Shown: positions 49,385 to 57,995 of the stretch, piece after piece
Layout of the letters: every line of letters begins with the position of its first letter
Position numbering within the stretch: position 1 is the stretch's first letter
Assembly (NCBI GenBank): GCA_963801165.1
Contig: CAWDDT010000004.1
Span: forward strand, 768,001-832,000
Length of the DNA stretch: 64,000 nucleotides
Source of the DNA: an uncultured bacterium
GTDB taxonomy: Bacteria > Actinomycetota > Acidimicrobiia > Spongiisociales > UBA5794
Reading direction: 5' to 3'
Translations under genes and position numbers: made by a program
Notes under the pieces: generated by a model
What the model was told of the DNA's origin: nothing
Databases searched by the model: none
What the model saw: the letters and a program-made list of their open reading frames with translations, nothing else

Positions 49385-50229
49385 TTACCGGGCAAGTACT
49401 TCGTTCACACCCGGGAGCGGCGTGTGCAACAACTCCCGCGCCCGGGAGATGTCGAGCGAGCAGTCGCGGGGCGCGGGCGGTCGGTCGGCACGGGCATTGC
49501 AAAAACCGGTCCGCGGTCGACTCCATGGAAACGAAGGAGCGCTACCCCGAACTGATACCGGGACATCTTCTCGGCACCTGCCACGTGGAGCATCCCTGTG
49601 TAGTCGCTGCTAGCCAGCTCGACCAGGGCATTGGCGAGGCTCTCCACCCAGATCGGGCAGCGCATCTCGTCGGACCACAGCCTCACGATCTCTCGCCGGT
49701 CGAGGGCGTCGATCATCCACTGGGCCGCCCGGGCGACGGTGGGACGCCACCCGTAGATGAGCGAGGTCCGCACTATGACGGCATGCGCTCCCGAATCCAC
49801 TACGGCTTGTTCGGCGGCGGCCTTGCTCCGCCCGTATTCATTGAGCGGGCGGATCGGATCTTCCTCCCGGTAGTTGCCGCGCCGTCCGTCGAACACGACG
49901 TCGGTAGAGATGTGGACCAGACGGGCTCCGACCCCGGCTGCGGCTTTCGCCACGTTGGCGGTCCCGGCGACGTTGACTCCCTCGAAGTCCGTGCCAAGCC
50001 CCGGGTTGACCGCGGCGGTGTGGACGATGACGGCGGGTTGGTCCGCGGTGACGAGGGCGGTGACGGCGTCGGCGTCGCGTACGTCCAGCTGCCGCCAGGC
50101 GACGCCGTCGAGGTCACCCGGTTTGTGCCCGTAGCTGGCGGTCACGTCCCAGTCTTTGCGCGCCAGTTCGGCCACCCAGCGTCCGAGATACCCACTCCCC
50201 CCGGTGATCAACATCCGCATTCCAGCCAT
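49385..50229 (-). CDS. dTDP-4-dehydrorhamnose reductase-like SDR (RmlD family); 1-nt frameshift near 49470
   Basis: ITGGSGYLG, ISTDVVFDG, YGRSK; adding one C to a C-run restores 'RPRDCSLD..RARELL' through to the TAA at 49385. Confidence 0.85.
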
Positions 50230-50280
50230 GGCCGGGATGCTAGAGGCTCTGCGCCTCAGCTCCGCTGAGGTTGAACCAAG

Positions 50281-50896
50281 AGTGATCCCCCCATTTCGGG
50301 GGGATCGGGCGGCCTCCCGGGCCGTGCGAGGGGGGAAGGACGGGCGGCGCTCGCTGTTGGTTGTGTCCCCGTCCTGGTCCAGTCCCTCCCTGTGGTCGGG
50401 TCTGGCCCCGCCCTCCCGCAAGGGGAGGGCTGCTACTGGCGTGACCGCCGATCGGGTGTACCAGCGGCGATTGCGGAGACCAGTAGTGATCCCCCCATTT
50501 CGGGGGGATCGGACGGCCTCCCGGGCCGTCCGAGGGGGGAAGGACGGGCGGCGCTCGCTGTTGGTTGTGTCCCCGTCCCGGACCAGTTCCTCCCTGTGGT
50601 CGGGTCTGGCCCCGCCCTCCCGCAAGGGGAGGGCTGCTACTGGCGTGACCGCCGATCGGGTGTACCAGCGGCGATTGGGGGAGACCAAGCAGTGATCCCC
50701 CCATTTCGGGGGGATCGGGCGGCCTTTTGGGCCGTCCGAGGGGGGAAGGACGAGCGGCGCTCGCCGTTGGTTGTGTCCCCTCCCTCGGTCAGCTACTCGC
50801 CTGCGGCGGCGCTGCCCTCGACCCTCCCGCAAGGGGAGGGTCACTACCGCGCCACCGCTCGGAAACAACAGCGATCCCCCATTTTGGGGGGATCGG
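50281..50896. repeat. REP/BIME-like tandem array, ~205-bp unit x3 plus a terminal hairpin
   Basis: units start at 50281, 50485 and 50691; hairpins GATCCCCCC-ATTTC-GGGGGGATC (x4, last shorter), TCGGACGGCC..GGCCGTCCGA and CCCTCCC-GCAAG-GGGAGGG (x3). Confidence 0.9.
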
Positions 50897-50911
50897 ATAG
50901 CCCTCTGGTCT

Positions 50912-50990
50912 TAGCTTGATCCACGGATTGGGGAGCAGGAATCGCTCGATTCGGCAATAAGGCTCGGAGCCTCGCGCTACGGGCTGGCTC
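50912..50990. repeat. dispersed ~75-bp element, inverted copy of 8361-8435
   Basis: reverse complement shares TAGCGCGAGGCTCCGAG, ATTGCCGAATCGAGCGATTC and AATCCGTGGATC. Confidence 0.8.
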
Positions 50991-50994
50991 CGAC

Positions 50995-51255
50995 CTAGCT
51001 CCCGAAGAGGTTGGCCTTGATCTCTTTGCAGGTGGGGCAAACCGGGTAGCGGTCCGGGTCGCGATTGGGGATCCACACCTTTCCGCACAGCGCCATGACG
51101 GGGACACCCTCGACGTTTGCCCGGACGATGTCGGCTTTGCGAACGTAATGAGCGAACCGGTCGTGGTCGCCGTCGTCGGTATCGATGATGATCTCTTCCT
51201 CGGTGATCACCGCCGGTTTGAGCTCGACCTGGCTGTTGGCATGAGGGCTGCGCAT
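50995..51255 (-). CDS. DUF3039 domain protein
   Basis: 'GDHDRFAHYVRK..I....V.G.PV.ALCGKVWIP.RDP..YPVCPTCKEI'. Confidence 0.93.
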   Translation of the reverse strand: MRSPHANSQVELKPAVITEEEIIIDTDDGDHDRFAHYVRKADIVRANVEGVPVMALCGKVWIPNRDPDRYPVCPTCKEIKANLFGS

Positions 51256-51342
51256 AGGCCCAGTATCGCGGAAGCGGGGGCGAAGCGGATCTCCCCCCCA
51301 CTTCTGGCCCCTTCGTTGCTACGGCGTCGGGGTCGACGGCTA

Positions 51343-52991
51343 CTAGAAGGAACGATCGCTCGTGTGATACGCCGGGTCGCCTACCTGTGGGGTAGCCACA
51401 TCGTCCCGAAGCACGTTGTAGTCGATGGGAACCCGGATCGAGAAGCATGCACCGCCGAGCCGTTCGGAGCGGCGATAGTACGTCTCGCCCCCATGCGAGC
51501 GCGCCACACCTCGCGCCACGGCGAGCCCAATACCGGAGCCGGGGATCGGGCCCTGCCGCTGCGCGGCCCGCTCGAACCGCTCCCAGATGACGAGTTGATA
51601 GACCTCGGGTACGCCGGAGCCGTTGTCGTGTACCTCGATCACCGTGGCGTCGGCGTCGTTGTAGGCGACGAGCTCGACGTGCCCGGACCCGTAGTGGGCT
51701 GCGTTGGCGAGGAAGTTGCCGATCACCTGCACGATCCTGGCAGGATCGGCCGTGAGCGTAACGCCGTCGGCGATGTCGACCTCGATGTGTTGCGTGTCTG
51801 CTTCCGGGACGAGGGCGATTGCGGTGGCGACGATCTCGTGCGTCGATAGGTTCTCTCTGGTGACATCGACCCGGTCCATCTGGCGGCGGGCGACGGCGAC
51901 GAGATCGCCGACGACTCTGGCCAGCACATGAGATTGTGCCCGCATCAGGTCGATCATCTCGAGCTTCTCGTCCTCCGTGAAGGCCTCCCAGTCCCGAGTA
52001 GATCGAGAAAGCCGACGATGGAGGTGAGCGGGGTGCGCAGCTCGTGGCTGACGGTGGCGATGACACCTTGCTGTTCGTTCATCACCCGGCGGCGCTGCTG
52101 GGCGACGATGGCGAGTTGGCGGAGCAGCACCACGATCATCGCAGCTAGAGCCCCCAATCCGATGGCCACACTCATCGGGTCGGTGTCCCATCGACTGACG
52201 ACGTGGGCCACGATCGCCGCGGCGAGAAGCGCGACGACCGTGTAGGGAACGAGCGCCCGCTGCCAGCGTCCGGGCTCCAGGGCGACCCGCGGTGCATCCT
52301 GCACCGGGGGCATGACCAGAGGGGCGAGAGCAAACGCCGCCATACCGGCGAAAAATAAGAAGTCCGCAGGATGGCCGACTGTGTAGGGCGTGTCGCTGAC
52401 GGCCATGGTGAGGTTGCCGCCCAATGTGGCCGCGACCCCGAGCACCAGCCAAACGATCTGCCAGTCGATGCCTTGCTGGCTGCGGCGAACCGCGACATAG
52501 CCTGCCATGGCCATCACCGCGGCATCGCCGATGGCGTGATACAGCTCCCCGCTGGTCGCAACCCCGGTGCCGGAGAGGAGCCAGAACGTCCCGGTGGCGA
52601 CGACAATGCCGAGGCCAAGCGCATCCAGCAGCGCAATTGTTCTGTCATAGGGCCCGGATCGGGGGTGTGGGATCCAGAGGATGGCGAGGGCTCCGAACCC
52701 GTACGTCAGCGCAACGAAAACTGCCTCGAGGGTATCCGCACCGAGATAGTCGAGCACATAGATCGGCACCATCTGGGCCAGCGCGACGCCGACCAGTTTC
52801 CACGCCAGACCTTCCCGTCCCTCGCGCACGAGGCCCAACCGGTAGGCGGCCAGGGCACCAAGGGCGGGTAGGACAGAAGCGCAACAGAGCACAACGACGA
52901 TGGGCCAGCCCGTCTGGCCTGGGAAGCCGACGCCCCCCGCGCCGAGTGCCGCAACGAGCAGCACCGCGGCCATCCGCGGATTCACCTTCAT
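51343..52991 (-). CDS. multi-TM sensor histidine kinase; 1-nt frameshift near 51995
   Basis: TM domain and SHELRTPLT in one frame, HATPase (NFLANA, DNGSG, GIGL) in the next; one extra G restores 'LLGDWEAF'; start uncertain. Confidence 0.82.
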
Positions 52992-53106
52992 TATGAAGCA
53001 ACATTGTACAGGTTTCCGTCGGGGTGTCGACATGTGTTTTGTCGGCTCACAACCGGCTTAGGCTGGCTTGGATGCGGTTTGTGCGGCGATACAGGGCGTG
53101 TGGGCG

Positions 53107-54360
53107 ATGAGTCGGACCCGGACCAGCCTGGAGACGACCTTTGCCGCTCTCGGGGTGCGCAACTTCCGGCTCTACTTCACCGGACAGATCGTTTCGGTGT
53201 CGGGGGCGTGGATGCAGCGGGTTGCCCAGGCGTGGCTGGTGCTCGATCTCACTGGAAGCGGCACCGCAGTGGGCGGGCTGACGGCGCTGCAGTTTCTCCC
53301 GCTGCTGCTGGCAGCACCGTTTGGCGGCGTGGTTGCCGATCGGGTGGACAAGCGACGTCTGTTGTTCCTCACCCAGTCGTTGGCGGGACTGACCGCCGCG
53401 ACGCTCGGGTTCCTGGTGTTCACCGACCGTGTCGAGCTATGGATGGTGTACGTCCTCGCGTTCATCCTCGGAATCGTCGGCGCCTTTGACAATCCGGCGC
53501 GGCAGTCGTTCGTGATGGAGATGGTGGGCCGGGAACGGCTCGTCAACGCGGTGTCGCTCAACTCGGTGATGATCAACGCCGCTCGAGTCATCGGTCCGGC
53601 AATTGGCGGCGTGCTGATCGTGACGGTCGGCATCGCCATGTGTTTCTTCTTCAACTCAATCTCCTACCTGGCTCTGTTGATCGCGCTGGCGTTGATGCGC
53701 CCCCAGGAGTTGGAGCGGTCGACGCCGTTGCAGCGGCGGCGCGGCCAGCTGTCGGATGGTCTTCACTACGCCGCCGCCGAGCCGTTGCTACGGACGCTTC
53801 TGGTGGTTACGGCGATCATGGGGATCTTCGCCTACGAGTTCGAGGTCTCGCTGCCGCTTCTGGCGAGGTTCACCTTCAACGGTGACGCGGATACCTTTGG
53901 CTTGATGTTCACCGCCATGGGGATCGGGGCCGTGGTCGGTGGGCTCCATACCGCGTCCAGGCAGGATCTGCGCCCGGTGTCGGCGGCCAGGATCGCACTG
54001 GTATTCGGACTTGCGATCGGGGCTACCTCGGTTGCCCCCAACCTCGTTGTTTCGATGCTGACGCTGACCGTGGTCGGTGGCGCCGGCACCAGCTTCCTGG
54101 CAGTCAGTAACTCGATGCTCCAGGTTCACGCCCGGCCCGAAATGCGTGGTCGGATCATGGCGCTGCGGGCGGTGGCGTTTCTGGGGGCCCGGCCCATCGG
54201 GGCCCCGCTGATCGGATGGATCGGCGAGCACGTTGGCCCCCGATACGGCATCGCGACGGGTGCGGTGGCTCTTCTGCTCGTGGCCGCCTGGGGCTACCCG
54301 AGGCTGCTGCGGCTGGCCGGGAACGAGAGAGCAGCGGCCGGGGGGCTTGGGGAGTCGTAG
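53107..54360 (+). CDS. MFS transporter
   Basis: 'RNFRLYFTGQIVS..G.WMQ', 'GGVVADRVDKRRL', 'DNPARQSFV', 'MRGRIM'. Confidence 0.92.
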   Translation: MSRTRTSLETTFAALGVRNFRLYFTGQIVSVSGAWMQRVAQAWLVLDLTGSGTAVGGLTALQFLPLLLAAPFGGVVADRVDKRRLLFLTQSLAGLTAATLGFLVFTDRVELWMVYVLAFILGIVGAFDNPARQSFVMEMVGRERLVNAVSLNSVMINAARVIGPAIGGVLIVTVGIAMCFFFNSISYLALLIALALMRPQELERSTPLQRRRGQLSDGLHYAAAEPLLRTLLVVTAIMGIFAYEFEVSLPLLARFTFNGDADTFGLMFTAMGIGAVVGGLHTASRQDLRPVSAARIALVFGLAIGATSVAPNLVVSMLTLTVVGGAGTSFLAVSNSMLQVHARPEMRGRIMALRAVAFLGARPIGAPLIGWIGEHVGPRYGIATGAVALLLVAAWGYPRLLRLAGNERAAAGGLGES

Positions 54361-54387
54361 CCACCCCGGCCGTGCAGTTGCTCAGAC

Positions 54388-54729
54388 CTATGTGGGTGCA
54401 TCTCCGCTGAGACGGTTCTTTATCGCATCGAACTCCTCGGTGCTGATCTCACCGTGGGCGAGGCGGAGAGCCGCCTCCTCCAGGGGCGTCCTGGCAACCG
54501 TGGCCGTGCTCAAGTCCCGCTGGATGCGTTCGAACTCGACGCGTTCGATGTCGCCCGATGCGTAGCGGGCGGCTGCCCGGCGTAGCGGGTCGGCGTCGGC
54601 GCCACCCATGCGGGGTCGGCGAAACGACAAGAACAGCGCCACCAGCAGGCCGGCGAGGAGCGCCAGCATCAGCATGGGGAACAGCCAGTCGAGAAGGTCC
54701 CGCTCGTGTCCGTATGGGAACTGGTGCAT
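54388..54729 (-). CDS. small membrane protein with two SHOCT-like motifs
   Basis: TM helix, then 'RYASGDIERVEFE' and 'RLAHGEISTEEFD'. Confidence 0.8.
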   Translation of the reverse strand: MHQFPYGHERDLLDWLFPMLMLALLAGLLVALFLSFRRPRMGGADADPLRRAAARYASGDIERVEFERIQRDLSTATVARTPLEEAALRLAHGEISTEEFDAIKNRLSGDAPT

Positions 54730-54844
54730 GTCTTCCTTTCGGTCTCATGGCTATCAAACCACCGCCGTATGAAAGACAGGTGAAACCGTTCTTGGAGTCT
54801 GCTGGGTGTCGGGTATCGTCATGCCGGTGAGGGAGAGCGAGCAC

Positions 54845-56305
54845 ATGAACAGCGAGGAGACCGAGCGCTGGTCGCCGGGGCGGGGCGTGTGGTTGACGGC
54901 CGGGGCAATCGTGGCGATCGAGCTGTTGCTGTCCGCTCGCTACGGGTTCCACCGTGATGAGCTGTATTTCATCATGGCGGGACGCAGGCTCGACTGGGGA
55001 TTCGTCGATCAGCCTCCCTTGACGCCGCTGCTCGCCCGGCTGGCGGACACCGTCGGCGGCGTTTCGCCCGTGGCGCTTCGTGTGTTGCCGGCATTGGCGA
55101 TTGGGGCAGTAGTGGTGTTTGCCGCGCTGACGGCGCGGCGATTCGGCGCCGGTTCCCGGGGTCAGCTGTTCGCCGGCATGAGCGCCGGTGGGGCGGGCTA
55201 CGCCCTGGCGGTGGGTCATCTCCTGAGCACGGCAACGTTCGACTATCTGTTGTCGGCGGTGGCGCTGTGGCTGCTGGTGGGTCTGCTCGACGGCGACGAT
55301 CCGAGGCGGTGGGTATTGCTCGGGGCCGTGGTCGGGATCGGCCTGGAGAACAAGAACCTGATCGGCGTGCTTGCGGCAGTGGTCCTGCTGGCGCTGCTGG
55401 CCACCCCGCAGCGTCGGGTCCTCGTCTCCGTTTGGCCGTGGGTGGGTGCGGGCGTGGCGTTTCTCATCGCACTGCCGACCCTGTTGTGGCAGACCGCTCA
55501 CGACTTTCCGCAACTCGAGATGGCCCGGGCGTTGTCAGACCGGAGTGACGGTCCGGTGGCGTTTGTGCTCGAGCAGATCGGGCTGCTCTCGATCGTGCTG
55601 GTCGTGCCCGTGGTCTTCGGGTGGTGGCGTCTCCTGCGTTCGCCGGACATGAGGCAATGGCGGGCGATCGCGATCGCGTTTGGGCTCATCTTCGTGTTCT
55701 ACCTGATCACCGGTGGCAAGTCGTACTACGTGGCCGGGATGTACCCGGTGCTGCTCGCTGCCGGGGGAAGGTGGTTCGACGATCTGCGCGACGGTCGCAG
55801 GGAGCAAATGTTCAGCTCTGCCCGGATCGCCATCGTGGTTGGTGCGTTCATCGCCTTGCCGCTCGTCCCGGCGTCATGGGTGTCCCACGTCGACCTGACG
55901 GGAGAGCTGGGCGAGACGGTTGGCTGGCCGCAACTGATCGATCAGGTATCGGCGGTATACCAGTCGATCCCCGAAAACCAGCGTTCGGCCACCGCAATCT
56001 TCACGGGCTCGTACGGTGAGGCCGGCGCAGTCGACGTGCTCGGTGCCGATGCGGGGCTGCCGTCGGCGAGCAGCGGCCACAACAGCTACTGGCTGTGGGG
56101 ACCGCCGGAGACGCATGGCCCAATCATCGGTGTCGGTTATGTCGAGACGACGTTACGCAGCATCTGTCCAGACCTGCAGCGGGTCGGAACCATCACCAAT
56201 CCGTACGGTGTCGAGAACGAAGAGGCCGGTCTGCCGCTGCTTCTCTGTCTCGATCCCGATCGGCAGCTCGCCGACATCTGGCCCGACGTCCGGCACTACA
56301 ACTAG
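54845..56305 (+). CDS. GT-C membrane glycosyltransferase (PMT_2/ArnT-like, GT39-like)
   Basis: 'YGFHRDELYF..AGRRLDWGFVDQPPLTP', 'GKSYY', 'YGEAGAV', 'SGHNSYWLWG'. Confidence 0.88.
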   Translation: MNSEETERWSPGRGVWLTAGAIVAIELLLSARYGFHRDELYFIMAGRRLDWGFVDQPPLTPLLARLADTVGGVSPVALRVLPALAIGAVVVFAALTARRFGAGSRGQLFAGMSAGGAGYALAVGHLLSTATFDYLLSAVALWLLVGLLDGDDPRRWVLLGAVVGIGLENKNLIGVLAAVVLLALLATPQRRVLVSVWPWVGAGVAFLIALPTLLWQTAHDFPQLEMARALSDRSDGPVAFVLEQIGLLSIVLVVPVVFGWWRLLRSPDMRQWRAIAIAFGLIFVFYLITGGKSYYVAGMYPVLLAAGGRWFDDLRDGRREQMFSSARIAIVVGAFIALPLVPASWVSHVDLTGELGETVGWPQLIDQVSAVYQSIPENQRSATAIFTGSYGEAGAVDVLGADAGLPSASSGHNSYWLWGPPETHGPIIGVGYVETTLRSICPDLQRVGTITNPYGVENEEAGLPLLLCLDPDRQLADIWPDVRHYN

Positions 56306-56345
56306 GACGGCGTTGACCAGGACGGCGTTGACTAGGACGGCGTTG
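56301..56345. repeat. 15-bp tandem repeat x3 (ACYAGGACGGCGTTG)
   Basis: first unit contains the TAG stop of the glycosyltransferase gene. Confidence 0.85.
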
Positions 56346-56359
56346 TGCCAGGAGCGGAG

Positions 56360-57274
56360 CTACTCCGCTTGCTTTTCGTCGGCGTGTTCCGGGTGATCCG
56401 GCGGTCTGAGGGGCAGCGTGATCGTGAAGGTGGTTCCGGCCCCGACGGTCGAGTCGACAGTGATCCCCCCGCCGTGGGCGGCGACCGCGTCGTAGCAGAT
56501 GGCCAGACCCTGACCCGAGCCACGGCCCACGGGCTTGGTGGTGAAGAATCGCTCGAACATGCGCTCCTGGACCTCCGGGGTCATGCCGGTGCCGGTGTCG
56601 GAGATCTGGATCACGACCTCGACTTCTCCGGACCATGTCCGGATACCGATGACCCCTTTGTCGTCGCCGGCGTCGGCGATGGCGTCGGCGGCGTTGATGA
56701 TCATGTTGATCAGAACCTGTTTGATCTGCCCTTCATCGCAATGTGGCTCCGGCAGAACTTCGGCCAGTTCGAGCTCGATGGAAGCGTGGTACTTCCACTC
56801 GTTGCGGCTGATGTCGACGGTGGTGGCGATCAGCTTGTTGATGTCGGTAGGACCGATGTCGCCGGGATGGGCGAAGGCCTTCATCGCCCTGACGATGTGG
56901 GCGATCTGATCGGGGCCCTCGCGGGATTGGCGTACCGCGTCGGGGATGTCCTCGAGCAGGAAGTCGAGGTCGGCCTCCTTCCTGATGAGGGCGACGGCTT
57001 CCGGGTCGTGGACTTCCGCCAGCTCGCTGAGGGCGCGCACCGCGCCGAGGAGGTTGCCGAACGAGTGGTCCAGAAACGCGGTGTAGTCAGTGACGTACTG
57101 AACCGGGGTGTTTATCTCGTGGGCGACCCCAGCCGATAGCTGACCGATTGTCTCGAGCCTTCGAGCCGACGCCAGTGACCGCTCCAGCTCGACAACGTCG
57201 TTGATGTCCCGGGTGGTAGAGAGAACTCCGACGACCTCATCACCGTGGCGGAGCGGGATGACGGTTCGAAGCAC
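56360..57274 (-). CDS. NtrB-type histidine kinase with only a PAC-like remnant at the N-terminus
   Basis: 'GQLSAGVAHEINTPVQY', 'NMIINAADA', 'DTGTGM', 'FFTTKPVGRGSGQGL'; start uncertain (GTG 57274). Confidence 0.75.
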   Translation of the reverse strand: MLRTVIPLRHGDEVVGVLSTTRDINDVVELERSLASARRLETIGQLSAGVAHEINTPVQYVTDYTAFLDHSFGNLLGAVRALSELAEVHDPEAVALIRKEADLDFLLEDIPDAVRQSREGPDQIAHIVRAMKAFAHPGDIGPTDINKLIATTVDISRNEWKYHASIELELAEVLPEPHCDEGQIKQVLINMIINAADAIADAGDDKGVIGIRTWSGEVEVVIQISDTGTGMTPEVQERMFERFFTTKPVGRGSGQGLAICYDAVAAHGGGITVDSTVGAGTTFTITLPLRPPDHPEHADEKQAE

Positions 57275-57392
57275 CTCCGTGGGTCTGCGGTCGAGCTCGG
57301 GGCGTTGGTGTGCTCTGGCCAGTCGGCGGAACTGATGGGGCCTTAAGCGTGAGCTCAGGGGTTGGGCTCGGGATGCTCCGGAGCTCGTGTGC

Positions 57393-57995
57393 TCAGCGAC
57401 ACTCTCCAACCCAGTAGACCTCGCCGTCCTGGATGACCCATGCGGCCTTGCTGTCGAAGGATTGGCCTTGGAAGGTGAAGGAGACGGGCGCCTCGTAATA
57501 CTGGTCGACCGCAAAGGTGGAGTCGCCTGCGGTGAGCGATCGTGACGACGGCCCTGTGATGTTCCCGGTCAGTTTGTAGTCGCTGATGGCGAGGATCTCG
57601 CTGTTTACCCAGCTGCGGCACAGATCGGCGCCAAGGGTGTCCCGGATCTCGGGGAGGAGCCGGTCGAACAGGAAACCGCCGTCACCCGACTCGGTGGCGG
57701 CGACGTAGTCGGTGACGAACTGCTCGATCGACGGCGGAGGCTCGGTGGTTGTGGTCGTGGTTGTCGTTGTGGTTGCGGTGCTTGACGTGGTGTTGGTTGT
57801 CGTTGGCGCGTTCGTGGTGGTTGTTGTACTCGTCGCTGTCGTGGGTGTGGTCGTCGTGGGTGCGGCGGTCGTGGATGTCGTCGTCGCCCCGGCTTCCGGC
57901 TCGGGTGTCGACGATCCGCCCCTGGACAGGAAACCGACGATCATCAGGAGCAGCCCGACACCGGCCATGGCAAAGCCGATGGTGCGCCGGCTCAT
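57393..57995 (-). CDS. membrane-anchored Thr-rich protein with small C-terminal domain
   Basis: N-terminal TM, poly-Thr stalk, ~110-aa domain with two Cys; ATGA overlap with the upstream gene. Confidence 0.75.
   Translation of the reverse strand: MSRRTIGFAMAGVGLLLMIVGFLSRGGSSTPEPEAGATTTSTTAAPTTTTPTTATSTTTTTNAPTTTNTTSSTATTTTTTTTTTEPPPSIEQFVTDYVAATESGDGGFLFDRLLPEIRDTLGADLCRSWVNSEILAISDYKLTGNITGPSSRSLTAGDSTFAVDQYYEAPVSFTFQGQSFDSKAAWVIQDGEVYWVGECR

Noticed and set aside
50230-50868. N-terminal extension of ORF 49405..50868 and other ORFs over the array
   Set aside because: These are translations of the DNA repeat; the RmlD-like gene starts at 50229/50220.
50281-50896. CRISPR array
   Set aside because: The sequence between the hairpins is itself repeated rather than unique spacers, the period is ~205 bp, and there are no cas genes.
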